DNA of 64,000 nt from an uncultured delta proteobacterium (GTDB lineage: Bacteria > Myxococcota > Myxococcia > Myxococcales > Myxococcaceae), in the NCBI GenBank assembly GCA_963796055.1, contig CAWCKH010000004.1, positions 1,728,001-1,792,000 of the forward strand. The letters are read 5' to 3'. The notes below the pieces were generated by a model. The model saw only the letters and a program-made list of their open reading frames with translations. It did not search any database and was not told the origin of the DNA. Position 1 is the stretch's first letter, and every line of letters starts with the position of its first letter. Positions 19,748-30,239 of this stretch are shown one piece after another. The position numbers and the translations under genes are program-made.

Positions 19748-19913
19748 ACGGTGCAGCTCGGCGGCGACGGCCGTTCACGCTGTCCGGCTTCCTCCACCGA
19801 TCAGGACGCGGCCACGCTCGCCCGCTGGTTCGGGGTGGCGCCAGGGGACCTCGCCTCCGTCCTGCCGAATGTCGGGCGTTTCGCTTCCGACGACCTCGGC
19901 CTTCCTCGGCTGA
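19748..19913 (+). pseudogene. Remnant resembling the C-terminus of a DUF1501 protein
   Basis: SSTDQDAATLARWFGVAPGDLASVLPNVGRFASDDLG, then FLG-stop after a 1-nt shift; no N-terminal part. Confidence 0.55.
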
Positions 19914-19986
19914 GCGGCCTGGCCCCCCGGGGTGCGCTTGCGATGCATGCAACGAGCGCGCATCCTGTGTGTCAGGAGTGGCGGGT

Positions 19987-20202
19987 ATGCGGTGGAGCGA
20001 GCTCGGAGGGATGCAGTACCTGGGGCGGACCGAGCTGTGCGGACAGCCGGTGGAGACGTTCCGCGCGCCCGACGGGACGGTGTACCAGGTGCGCCCAGAC
20101 GTGGGCGTCTTCCGCGAGATTCGCGCCGGCGAGCGACTGGGTGACTTCGAGCGCTGGGACCTGCTGATGCCGGACCCCTTCGGCGCCAGCACCGCCAGCT
20201 GA
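19987..20202 (+). CDS. Small hypothetical protein
   Basis: 71-aa ORF MRWSELGGMQYLG... with coding-like codon usage. Confidence 0.5.
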   Translation: MRWSELGGMQYLGRTELCGQPVETFRAPDGTVYQVRPDVGVFREIRAGERLGDFERWDLLMPDPFGASTAS

Positions 20203-20208
20203 CCGCGC

Positions 20209-21474
20209 TCAGCTCCGCGGCACGAGGTCCCGGTACCAGCCCGTCCGATCGATCATCGGCGGCTCGGCGGAGTCCCGCTTGCGGAGGAGCACCTGGGCCA
20301 CGGTGACGCGCCCGGCGCGGAAGGTGACCACGGAGGAAGCGAGGTAGAGCCGCCAGGCCCGCGCCCTGCGCTTTCCGGCGAGCTGCACCGCCTCCGGAAA
20401 CCGTCGCTCCAGCCGCCCGAGCCATTCCAGCAGCGTGCGCGCGTAGTGCGGGCGGAACGTCTCCACGTCGAGCACCTCGAAGCCGGCCCGCTGCGCGGCG
20501 GCGAGCACCAGCTCCAGCGGCGGCAGGTCACTGTCGGGGAAGATCTCCTGCTGGATGAAGCCGCCGTGGGTGCGCTGCAGCCAGGGGATGGTGCGCCGCC
20601 CGTCCCCGTTGTCGGCGATGGCGTGGTTCAGGAGCAGCCCGCCCGGCACCAGGTGGTGCGCGAGCGCGCCGAAGTAGCGGTCCAGTTTGTCCCGCCCGAC
20701 GTGCTCCATCATCCCCACCGAGGCCACCGCGTCCCACCGCTCGTCGGGAGGAAGCTGCCGATAGTCCTGGTGCCGCACGTCGGGGATGGCCTCCGGCGGG
20801 AGCACCGACCGCATCCGCTCGCGCGCGATCCCCAGCTGTGCGTCGCTGAGGCTGATGCCGGTGGCGCGCACCCCGTGGCCGCCGGCCGCGTGGGCGATGA
20901 GCGCGCCCCAGCCGCAGCCGACGTCCAGAAAGCGCTGCCCCGGGTTCAGCCCCAGCTTGCGGCAGATGAGCTCGAGCTTGGCCACCTGCGCCAGCTCCAG
21001 CCGGTCGGCGCCCGCCGTCCAGTAGGCACAGGAGTAGACCAGCTGCTCGTCGAGGAAGAGCCGGTAGAAGTCGTTCCCCACGTCGTAGTGGTGCTTGATG
21101 GCCCCTTCGTCGCGCGAGAGGGTGTGCCGGGCGGCGGAGCGAAGGAGCTCACCCGCGCGCGCGCCGACCTCGGCGACCAGCCCCGCGGCGAGCGCCGTCG
21201 CCGGGAGTGCCTCCGGGCCGGACCAGGTGGAGGCCCGCTGGAGGAAGTCGACCAGGTCCCCCTCCACCTCGAGGTCACCGGCGAGGAAGGCCTCGGCGAG
21301 TCGCTCCTCGGTCGGGGGAATGCCGAAGGCGCCGGCGCCGCGCTCGTGGCACACCACCAGCACTGGCGTGCCGGCGGCGGGCTGGGGCGGGACGAGCGAG
21401 CCGTCCCAGAGCCGGACCCCGAACGGCCGGTCCTTGCCGGACATGACGGCTTCCACCAGCGCGCGGGCATCCAT
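20209..21474 (-). CDS. cfa: Cyclopropane-fatty-acyl-phospholipid synthase family methyltransferase
   Basis: IKHHYDVGNDFY, YSCAYW, LDVGCGWG, SVGMMEHVG, HYARTL. Confidence 0.92.
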   Translation of the reverse strand: MDARALVEAVMSGKDRPFGVRLWDGSLVPPQPAAGTPVLVVCHERGAGAFGIPPTEERLAEAFLAGDLEVEGDLVDFLQRASTWSGPEALPATALAAGLVAEVGARAGELLRSAARHTLSRDEGAIKHHYDVGNDFYRLFLDEQLVYSCAYWTAGADRLELAQVAKLELICRKLGLNPGQRFLDVGCGWGALIAHAAGGHGVRATGISLSDAQLGIARERMRSVLPPEAIPDVRHQDYRQLPPDERWDAVASVGMMEHVGRDKLDRYFGALAHHLVPGGLLLNHAIADNGDGRRTIPWLQRTHGGFIQQEIFPDSDLPPLELVLAAAQRAGFEVLDVETFRPHYARTLLEWLGRLERRFPEAVQLAGKRRARAWRLYLASSVVTFRAGRVTVAQVLLRKRDSAEPPMIDRTGWYRDLVPRS

Positions 21475-21603
21475 GCCTGGCCCTCCGGGGAGAATGGCTT
21501 GCAGTGTGCCCCGGCGTCCGTCAAGTGCAAGTGGAGCGTATCCGGTGCCCCCGCCTTCTGGAGGATGAATCGGCACCGGGGGACGTCCGTCGGGATGCAT
21601 GCC

Positions 21604-22014
21604 ATGCGCGTCGTCCCGCTCTGCTTCTCGGTCTTGCTCTTCTCATCCGGCTGCGTGGTTCATGAAACGCGGCCCCTGCCTCCGCCCATGTCCGAGGCCG
21701 AGGCGGTGCAGCGCGGCGAGTCGTGGTGCTCGTCCCACGGATACGAGTGCCGGACGCGCCGGGTGGCTCGACGCGCCGACGTGGTGGAGGTGGTCTTCGA
21801 CGCCGAGGGCCACGGCGCGCAGGGCCCGCTCCGGCTGGAATTCGGAAGCTGGGACCGGCGCCTGTTGCGGGTCGAGGTGCCCGCGGCTCTCCCCCACGGG
21901 CCGCGCCCGGCAGCGGAGAGCGAGGTGGTGGGCGGGCTGCGTGGCGAGGTCGGCCTGCCGTACGAGGCGTTCAGCCGCGTCCTGCCCGGCCTCCGGGAGA
22001 ACGTGCAGGGCTGA
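21604..22014 (+). CDS. Hypothetical lipoprotein
   Basis: Lipobox SSGC after hydrophobic stretch. Confidence 0.6.
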   Translation: MRVVPLCFSVLLFSSGCVVHETRPLPPPMSEAEAVQRGESWCSSHGYECRTRRVARRADVVEVVFDAEGHGAQGPLRLEFGSWDRRLLRVEVPAALPHGPRPAAESEVVGGLRGEVGLPYEAFSRVLPGLRENVQG

Positions 22015-22075
22015 TTTCGTTGCGCCGGTCCTCGCCGGGCCGCTACGCAGGCCGGGCCGGGGAGGGACGCGCGCC

Positions 22076-22771
22076 GTGATCGAGCTCTACTACTGGACGA
22101 CTCCGAACGGGCACAAGATCACCATCGCCCTCGAGGAGCTCGGCCTGCCGTACCGGATCTACCCGGTGAACATCAACAAGGGCGAGCAGTTCGATCCGGC
22201 GTTCCTCCGCATCTCGCCCAACAACCGCATCCCGGCGATCGTGGACGACGCGCCGGCGGACCGGGCCGGGCCGCTCTCCATCTTCGAGTCGGGGGCGATC
22301 CTCACTTACCTCGCCGAGAAGACCGGACGGCTCCTTCCCCCGGACCCGCGGGGGAAGGCCGAGGTGATGCAGTGGCTCTTCTGGCAGGTGGGTGGCCTGG
22401 GGCCGATGGCCGGACAGAACCACCACTTCGTCCAGTACGCGCCGGAGAAGATTCCCTACGCGATCGAGCGCTACGTGAAGGAGACGGCGAGGCTGTACCG
22501 GGTGATGAACACCCGGCTCGCCGATCGCCCGTACCTGGCGGGTGACTACTCGATCGCCGACATCGCCGCCTACCCCTGGGTGGTGCCCCACGAGAAGCAG
22601 CAGATGAACCTCGACGACTTCCCCAATCTCAAGCGGTGGTTCGCCACCATCGCCCAGCGCCCGGCGGTGGAGCGGGCCTATGCCGTCGCAAAGCAGGTGC
22701 AGAGCCACCCGATGGACGACGCGGCGAAGAAGATCCTCTTCGGCCACGGCGGCGACGCTCAGAAGCGGTAG
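22076..22771 (+). CDS. Glutathione S-transferase, YfcG/YghU-like
   Basis: YYWTTPNGHKI, ISPNNRIPAI, FESGAIL, WLFWQVGGLGPMAGQ, YSIADIA. Confidence 0.92.
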   Translation: MIELYYWTTPNGHKITIALEELGLPYRIYPVNINKGEQFDPAFLRISPNNRIPAIVDDAPADRAGPLSIFESGAILTYLAEKTGRLLPPDPRGKAEVMQWLFWQVGGLGPMAGQNHHFVQYAPEKIPYAIERYVKETARLYRVMNTRLADRPYLAGDYSIADIAAYPWVVPHEKQQMNLDDFPNLKRWFATIAQRPAVERAYAVAKQVQSHPMDDAAKKILFGHGGDAQKR

Positions 22772-23397
22772 GCGAACCCGAGCAGGAAGTAGAGGGTGAA
22801 GAAGGAGCTCCGGGTGCGGTTCCCCGTTGCGATGGTGGGACCCATCTTGATCCGGGCGGTGAGCGCCAGGTCCCGCTCCAGCAGGTACTCCACCCCGCCG
22901 CCGAAGAGGATGGGGATGAAGCCCTCGACCGGTGAAGGATTGAAGGTCACCCAGAACGGCAGGTCGAAGCTGCCGTTGGCGCGCAGCACCGGGGTGATGG
23001 GGAAGCCGAACTCCAGGCCCACCGGGAAGGTCATCCCCACCACGGTGGTATTGCTCGGGAAGTAGAGCAGCAGGCCGGGGTCGAACCTCAGCGCGAGGTC
23101 GAACTTCGGTTTGCGGACCAGCTGCGCCCGGAGCGTGAACTGGAACTTCAGGCCCAGCACGCCGGTGTCGGTGATGCCCTCCTCGCCATAGTTGAAGGTG
23201 AAGCGTCCGCCCAGGTCGAGGGTCGGGCTCGTCCCATAGGCGAGGTCGGCCGAGATGCCCGGCCAACCGAACTGGCCCCAGATCATCGCCGCGCCGTTGC
23301 CCAGCGTCTGTCCCGACATCGCGGACCAGCCCTGCGCCTGCGCTTCGCCCGCGACCAGCCCCACGACCAGCGCCATCCCGACGACGAATCTCCGCAC
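22759..23397 (-). CDS. Putative outer-membrane beta-barrel protein
   Basis: Signal peptide AQA; beta strands; terminal GFAYRF. Confidence 0.68.
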   Translation of the reverse strand: MRRFVVGMALVVGLVAGEAQAQGWSAMSGQTLGNGAAMIWGQFGWPGISADLAYGTSPTLDLGGRFTFNYGEEGITDTGVLGLKFQFTLRAQLVRKPKFDLALRFDPGLLLYFPSNTTVVGMTFPVGLEFGFPITPVLRANGSFDLPFWVTFNPSPVEGFIPILFGGGVEYLLERDLALTARIKMGPTIATGNRTRSSFFTLYFLLGFAYRF

Positions 23398-23590
23398 GCC
23401 TGCCTCCTCGGATGCTTTCGGCCTCCCCTCCTTTCCCGCGCCGGGCGATGTGGGTTCCAGAGGAAACGGGTGGGCACGACGCGCCACGACAGAGGTCACG
23501 GAATGTTCCAGCGGTTCAGGTGGCGCCCGGGGTGGACGCTCTGTACAGTCCATCACACACCCTCCAGGACTCCGGTCGGGAGCCGCCCAG

Positions 23591-24436
23591 ATGACTGTCT
23601 CGCCTCGCGCCGTGCTGGCTTGCTTCCTCTTCCTCGCGGCTCCCGGGCGGGCGGCTGACGCTCCCCTGAGGGTGAGCATGATCCCCACCACGGACCCGTC
23701 GAGGATGCTCCGGGACGCGGGGCCGCTGGTGGCCCGCCTGGAGAAGGCGACCGGGCGGAAGGTCATCCTCACCATCCCCCAGAACTACGCGGCGGTGGTG
23801 GAGGCGATGGTGCAGGGGCAGCTGGACCTGGCGCACTTCGGTGGCTTCACCTTCGTGCAGGCGAACCGGCGCGCCGGGGCCATCCCCCTGGTGCAGCGCG
23901 AGCGCGACCGCGAGTTCCACTCCAAGTTCATCACCGCGCGCGACGACGTGCGTGGCCTGGCGGACCTCCGTGGGAAGCGCTTCGCCTTCGGCGACGTGAA
24001 CTCGACCTCCGGGCACCTGATGCCCGCCTACTTCATGAGGAAGGAGGGCGTGGACCCGGCGGTGATCGACCAGGCCATCTACACCGGCGGGCACGACGCG
24101 ACGGCACTGGCGGTGGCCGAGCGCCGCGTCGACGCCGGCGCGCTGGACGAGGCGGTCTGGGAGCAGCTGACCCAGCAGGGGAAGATCGACCCCACGAAGG
24201 TCCGCGTCTTCTGGACCACGCCGCCGTTCCTCGATTACGTCTGGGCTGTCCGCAAGGATCTGGACCCGTCGGTGGCACGGAAGATCGCCCAGGCCTTCCT
24301 GGCGCTTGACCCCGCGAGGCCGGAGGACCGGCCCATCCTCGAACTCCTCTCGGCGAAGGGTCGCTACGTGGCCGTGGACGCCGCAGCGTACGCGCCGCTC
24401 CGGGACGCCGCGCTGCGCGAGGGCCTGCTGAGGTGA
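23591..24436 (+). CDS. PhnD-like ABC substrate-binding protein (putative selenate/phosphonate family)
   Basis: YAAVVEAM, LAHFGGFTFVQA, FAFGDVNSTSGHLMP, GGHDATA, TPPFLDYVW. Confidence 0.85.
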   Translation: MTVSPRAVLACFLFLAAPGRAADAPLRVSMIPTTDPSRMLRDAGPLVARLEKATGRKVILTIPQNYAAVVEAMVQGQLDLAHFGGFTFVQANRRAGAIPLVQRERDREFHSKFITARDDVRGLADLRGKRFAFGDVNSTSGHLMPAYFMRKEGVDPAVIDQAIYTGGHDATALAVAERRVDAGALDEAVWEQLTQQGKIDPTKVRVFWTTPPFLDYVWAVRKDLDPSVARKIAQAFLALDPARPEDRPILELLSAKGRYVAVDAAAYAPLRDAALREGLLR

Positions 24437-25248
24437 CGTTCGCGCTCCATGGCGTCGTTCGTCGGTTCGATGGTCGGGCAGGCCGGGTGACAGCGCTGGA
24501 CGGCGTGTCCCTGGAGGTGGCGCCGGGCGAACGGCTGGTGGTGCTTGGTCCGTCGGGCGCAGGGAAGACCACCCTCTTCGGGGTGCTCAACACCACGCTC
24601 CGGCCCACCGAGGGTTCGGTCCGCTTCGAGGGGCAGGAGGTGCTGGGGCTGTCGCTCGGCGCGCTGCGCGCGGTGCGCCGCCGCATCGGGACGGTGTTCC
24701 AGCAGCCTCGACTCGTGCCGTCGTTGACGGTGCGCCAGAACGCGTTGCTCGGGCGGGTGGGCCACTGGTCCCTCGCCGACGCGGTGCGCTCCTGGGTGCG
24801 GCCCTCGCGAAGAGATCTGGAGCTCGCGGACGCGGCCCTCGGGGCGGTGGGGTTGGAGCATCGGGCCGCGGCGCGCGGCGACGAGGTGTCGGGTGGAGAG
24901 CAGCAACGGGTGGCGATCGCCCGGGTGCTGGTCCAGGAGCCGACGGCGGTGCTCGCCGACGAGCCGTTCTCCTCGCTCGATCCGGCCCTTCGGGAGAGCA
25001 TGGGCGAGCTGCTCCTGGACGTCGCGGCGCGCGGCCGGACGCTGGTGGCGGTGATGCACGACGTGGACTTCGCGCTCCGGCACTTCCCGCGGGTGGTCGG
25101 GCTCGGGGCGGGTCGGGTGCTGTTCGATCTCCCGGCGGCGCGGGTCACGCCCTCGCTGCTGGAGCAGCTCTACCCCCGAACGGTGGCGGAGCCCAGCGTC
25201 GTCGTCCCGAGAAGGGAGCCGGGCGATGTCGTCGCCTGCGCGCGCTGA
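24433..25248 (+). CDS. PhnC-like ABC ATP-binding protein
   Basis: GPSGAGKT, SGGEQQRVAIAR, LADEP. Confidence 0.9.
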   Translation: MTFALHGVVRRFDGRAGRVTALDGVSLEVAPGERLVVLGPSGAGKTTLFGVLNTTLRPTEGSVRFEGQEVLGLSLGALRAVRRRIGTVFQQPRLVPSLTVRQNALLGRVGHWSLADAVRSWVRPSRRDLELADAALGAVGLEHRAAARGDEVSGGEQQRVAIARVLVQEPTAVLADEPFSSLDPALRESMGELLLDVAARGRTLVAVMHDVDFALRHFPRVVGLGAGRVLFDLPAARVTPSLLEQLYPRTVAEPSVVVPRREPGDVVACAR

Positions 25249-27004
25249 CTCCCGACGGGTGCAGCTGCTGCTGGTCGCGGCGTTCGGGGTGTGGAGCGTG
25301 GTGGAGGCGCAGGTCTCGCCGGGCGCGCTGGTGTCGGCCACGGCGCTGGAAGGCCTGGGCCGGCTGCTCCGGGGGCTGTTCCCGCCGGACCTCTCGCCCG
25401 GCTTCCTGGGCGTGGTCGCGATGGCGGTGGCCCGGACGCTGGCCATCGGCATCGTGGGCACGATGCTGGCCCTCGTCCTTGCGGTCCCGCTGGGTCTCCT
25501 CGCCACCCCCACGCTGTTCCGGGCCGGCGCCCTGGCCGCGGGCGACGGGCCGTGGGCCGGGACGCTGCTCGTCCTGCACCTCGCCGCGCGTGCCACCCTG
25601 CGCGTCTTCCGGGCGGTGCCGGAGCTGCTCTGGGCGCTGCTCTTCGTGGTGGCGGTGGGCCTCGGGCCACGGGCCGGTGCACTCGCGCTCGGGGTCTCGT
25701 ACGCGGGCGTGCTGGGGCGGGTGTACGCCGATCTCCTCGAGGACGTGGACCCCTCACCGGGGGAGGTGCTCGTGGCATCGGGGGGGCGCCGCACGTCGCT
25801 GGTCCTCTTCGCGCTCGTTCCGCAGGCGTTGCCGGGGCTGGTGAGCTACAGCCTGTACTCGCTGGAGTGCGCCATCCGCTCGGCGTCGGTGCTGGGCTTC
25901 GTGGGCGCCGGGGGGATCGGCCAGGAGATCCAGCTCTCGATGCGGCTGTTCGAGTACCGCCAGGTCTCGACCTTGCTGCTGGCACTGCTCGGGCTGATGC
26001 TGGTGGGCGAGGCGGCGAGCCGGCTGCTGCGAAGGGGGTTTCGCAGCGCTCGGGTGGCCGGACGAAAGCCGCTCACCGGTCGACGCCGCACGCTCCTGGG
26101 GCTCGGGATGCTCGCCGCCGTGGGCCTCTCGCTCCATGGCTCGGAGCTCCTCGGTGCTGCGGATGACGGGCTGTTCGGCCGCATGGGACGGTTCGCTGCC
26201 CAGCTGTTCCCGCCCGAGACCTCGCTCGCCTTCCTGTCCTCGCTGCGCGCTCCGTTGCTCCAGACGCTTGCCGTGGCAGGGGCAGGAACGCTCCTCGGGG
26301 TGACGGTGGCAGCCTTGCTCGCTCCACTCGCGAGCACGGGACTGATGCTCCGCGTTCCCGGCGCCCCCGGTCGCCCGGGCCCCTGGGGTCTGCTCGCCCC
26401 GGCGGTGCACGTGCTCGTGCGCTGGGTGCTGGCAGTGCTCCGGGGCATTCCCGAGCTGCTCTGGGTGCTCCTCTGCATCGTCGCCGTGGGCTTCGGACCC
26501 TTCGCGGGGGTGCTTGCGCTCGGGCTGCACACCGGCGGCGTGCTGGGAAAGCTCTGGGCCGAGGCGCTGGACGAGGTGCCGCCCGGGCCGCTCGAGGTGC
26601 TCGAGGCCACGGGAGCGACCGGCGCGGTCCGGACGCTCTGGGGCGCGTGGCCGCAGGCCCGGGCGCTGGTGGCGAGCTACGGGCTGCTGCGCTGGGAGTT
26701 CAACCTTCGTGCCTCGGCGCTGGTGGGCTTCCTCGGGGGCGGCGGTCTCGGGCTGAAGCTCTACAACGCCATCCAGCTGGGCTTTTACGAGCAGGTCAGC
26801 ACGATGGTCTTGCTGATCTTCGGGCTGGTGGTGCTGAGCGATGCACTGTCCGACCGGCTCCGGCGGATCTGGCTGGCCCCGGCGGCGCTCCGGCGCGAGT
26901 CGGGAGGCCCGGTGGAAGCACGGGGTGCCAGACAGCTCGTGACCGGGGGCGCGCGATTGACACCGAGCCCCGGGCTCGTTGCGCGAAGCCCCGGAATGGA
27001 TTGA
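25226..27004 (+). CDS. PhnE-like ABC permease with two fused permease domains
   Basis: Repeated RAVPELLWAL / RGIPELLWVL and LGFVGAGGIG / VGFLGGGGLG. Confidence 0.88.
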   Translation: MSSPARADSRRVQLLLVAAFGVWSVVEAQVSPGALVSATALEGLGRLLRGLFPPDLSPGFLGVVAMAVARTLAIGIVGTMLALVLAVPLGLLATPTLFRAGALAAGDGPWAGTLLVLHLAARATLRVFRAVPELLWALLFVVAVGLGPRAGALALGVSYAGVLGRVYADLLEDVDPSPGEVLVASGGRRTSLVLFALVPQALPGLVSYSLYSLECAIRSASVLGFVGAGGIGQEIQLSMRLFEYRQVSTLLLALLGLMLVGEAASRLLRRGFRSARVAGRKPLTGRRRTLLGLGMLAAVGLSLHGSELLGAADDGLFGRMGRFAAQLFPPETSLAFLSSLRAPLLQTLAVAGAGTLLGVTVAALLAPLASTGLMLRVPGAPGRPGPWGLLAPAVHVLVRWVLAVLRGIPELLWVLLCIVAVGFGPFAGVLALGLHTGGVLGKLWAEALDEVPPGPLEVLEATGATGAVRTLWGAWPQARALVASYGLLRWEFNLRASALVGFLGGGGLGLKLYNAIQLGFYEQVSTMVLLIFGLVVLSDALSDRLRRIWLAPAALRRESGGPVEARGARQLVTGGARLTPSPGLVARSPGMD

Positions 27005-27053
27005 CGCGACGCGTGGGCACATGATGATGCCGTGCGTTAGCGCGCGGTCGTTC

Positions 27054-27082
27054 TTGACACTCGACTGCGCGGCGTTCAGGTT
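27054..27082 (+). promoter_or_regulatory. Possible sigma70 promoter for fdnG
   Basis: TTGACA (27054-59), 17 nt, CAGGTT (weak -10); GGAGG RBS before ATG 27121. Confidence 0.3.
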
Positions 27083-27120
27083 CGCCTTGGTCGCGGGTTC
27101 AATTTTGCGGGAGGGGTTCC

Positions 27121-30100
27121 ATGCACGTGGACCGCCGCACGTTTCTCAAGGGGACTGCCGCCGTCGGTGGAGCGGTGGGGCTGGGGTTCTTCGATCTGTC
27201 CGAAGCCCGCGCCGAGATGCGGGAGCTGAAGATCTCCCGCACCACCGAGACCCGGAGCACCTGTCCCTACTGCTCCGTGTCATGCGGGGTGATCATCCAC
27301 ACCCTCGGGGACAAGGCGAAGAACGTCTCCGGCTCGGTGGTGTACGTCGAGGGAGACCCTGACCATCCGATCAACCGCGGGACGCTCTGCCCCAAGGGCG
27401 CCACCCTCAAGAACGACATTCACCACCCCGGCCGGCTGACCGTCCCCAAGGTGCGGCGCCCCGGTTCCGACCGGTGGGAAGAGATCTCTTGGGACGCGGC
27501 CATCGCCGGCATCGCCAAGCACATCAAGGACACCCGGGACCGGACCTTCGTCGCCAAGAACGCTGCCGGGGCGGTGGTGAACCGCACCCCGGGCATCGGG
27601 CTCATCGGCGGCTGCACCGACACCAACGAGTTCAATCTCTTGCAGTGGAAGTTCGGCGCCGGCCTCGGCATCACGTACCGAGACACACAAGCTCGAGTAT
27701 GACACGGTCCAACGGTGGCCAGTTTGGCCGCCACGTTCGGTCGCGGTGCGATGACCAACGGCTGGGTGGACATCAAGAACGCGGACGTCGTGTTCGTGAT
27801 GGGCGGTAACCCGGCCGAGAACCATCCCTGCGGATTCAAGTGGGCGATCGAGGCGAAGAAGACGCGCGGGGCGAAGATCGTCTCCGTGGATCCGCGGTTC
27901 CAGCGGACCGCGGCGGTGGCCGATCTCTACGCCCCACTTCGCGCAGGGACGGACATCGCCTTCCTCCACGGCATCATCCGCTACGCCCTGGAGACGAAGC
28001 GCTACCACGCCGACTACGTGAAGCTGCACACCAACGCCTCGTACATCGTCGGTGAGAAGTACGGCTTCCAGGACGGCCTGTTCAGCGGCTTCGACGAGAA
28101 GAAGGGCGAGTACGACAAGACAGCCTGGGGTTACGAGCCGGACGCACAGAGCAAGGCCTACGGCGTCGACCGGACGCTGGAAAACCCCCGCTGCGTCCTC
28201 CAGCTCTTGAAGAAGCACGTGGACCGCTACACGCCGGAGATGGTGGAGAAGATCTGCGGCACGCCCAAGGCGCAGTTCCTGAAGGTCGCCGAGATGGTGA
28301 CCTCCACCGGGAACGCGGAGAAGGTTGGCACCATCCTGTACGCGCTGGGCTGGACCCAGCACTCGGTGGGAGTTCAGATCATTCGCACCGCGGCGATGCT
28401 CCAGCTGCTCCTGGGCAACGTCGGCCGGCCGGGCGGCGGGGTCAACGCGCTCCGTGGGCACTCGAACATCCAGGGCGCCACCGACATGGGCGGGACGTTC
28501 GACATCCTCCCCGGCTACCTCAAGACGCCGAGCTCGAACCTGCCCGACCTCGCCACCTATCTGGAGAAGAGCACGCCCTGGACGCTGAACAAGATGGCCT
28601 GGGCGTCCATGAACTACTGGACCAACTACCCCAAGTTCATGGTCTCGCTGCTCAAGACGCTCTGGGGCAAGGCGGCCACCAAGGAGAACGACTTCGGCTA
28701 CGCCTGGCTACCGAAGGTCGACGGGAACTACTCCTGGGTCTACATGTTCGACGACATGTACCGCGGCAGCAGCAAGCGCGCGGGCGGCGACGAACCCGGA
28801 CCCGAGGGCCTGATCTCCTTCGGCATGAACCCGGTAGGGACCGGTCCCAACTCGCCGAAGATGGTCGCGGCGCTCTCCAAGCTGAAGTGGCTGGTGATGG
28901 TGGAGAACCAGGAGAACGAGACCGCGGCGTTCTGGAAAGCGCCGAAGGATCTCGGGACACCGGACGCCGCGCAGATCAAGACCGAAGTCTACCTGCTCCC
29001 CGCCACCAATTTCGCGGAGAAGGACGGCACATTCACCAACTCCGGTCGCTGGGCGCAGTGGAAGTGGAAGGCGGTGGACGGCCCGGGCCAGTCCAAGAGC
29101 GACCAGGAGATCATCAGCCGCATGCTCCTCGCGCTGAAGGACCTGTACAAGAAGGAGCCGGGCGCGCTGCCCGAAGCGGTGTTCAACATCTCCTGGCCGT
29201 ACACCAACCCGGCCAACCCCGACCTGTCCGAGGTGCTGAAGGAAATCAACGGCAAGGCGATCACCGACCTGGTCGAGCCGCCGAAGGATCCGAAGTCCAA
29301 GGAGCCGCCGAAGGTTCTCAAGACCGCCGGGCAGCAGCTGGACGGCTTCGCCCAGCTCCGGGACGACGGCAGCACCTCCTGCGGCAACTGGCTCTACGGC
29401 GGCGTGTTCACCGAGGCCGGGAACATGTCGCAGCGGCGGAACAATGCCGACCCCCTGGGACTCGGAATGTTCCACCAGTGGGCCTTCAGCTGGCCCGCCA
29501 ACCGGCGCGTCATGTACAACCGCGCCTCGGCCGACGCGGAGGGAAAGCCGTGGGATCCGAAGCGCGCCGGCATCCAGTGGAACGGCACGAAGTGGGTGGG
29601 TGACGTCCCGGACATGAAACCGGACGCGCCGCCCGGGCAATTCGGCGCGTTCATCATGCTCCCCGAGGGCGTGGGCCGGCTCTTCTCGCCGGTGCTGAAC
29701 GACGGGCCCTTCCCCGAGCACTACGAGGCGGTGGAAGCACCGGTGGACAACCCGCTCCACCCCAAGGTGTCGGCCAGCCCGGTGCTGAAGCGCTTCAACA
29801 GCGACAAGGACAAGTGGGGCAAGGCGGACGAGTTCCCGATCGTCTGCACCACCTACCGCCTCACCGAGCACTTCCACTACTGGACCAAGCACCAGGCCGG
29901 CGGACGGCTCAACGAGGTGCAACCCGGCATCTTCTTCGAGATCCCCGAGGAGCTGGCGAAGGAGAAGGGCATCCAGAACGGAGAGATGGTGAGGGTCTCC
30001 TCGGCGAGGGGATCGATCGAGGGCCCGGCGATGGTCACCAAGCGGATGCCGGGCTTCATGATCAACGGCAAGCGCGTCTGGCAGATCGGCTTCCCCATTC

Positions 30101-30237
30101 ACTGGGGATATAGCGGTGACCCCAAGCACCCCGGCCCGCTGGCGAACCTCCTGACCAGCTCGGCCATCGACCCGAACACCTGGACGCCGGAGTTCAAGAC
30201 CTTCCTGGTGAAGCTCGAGAAGGTGGGGAGGGCCTGA
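27121..30237 (+). CDS. fdnG: Formate dehydrogenase-N alpha subunit, selenocysteine-containing (UGA 27700-27702)
   Basis: Tat motif DRRTFLK, CPYCSVSCG..CPKG, QARV-U-HGPTVASLA; two in-frame ORFs joined by TGA; ALRGHSNIQG. Confidence 0.95.
27714..27732 (+). promoter_or_regulatory. SECIS element of fdnG
   Basis: GGTGGCCA-GTT-TGGCCGCC hairpin downstream of the in-frame UGA. Confidence 0.85.
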
Positions 30238-30239
30238 CC

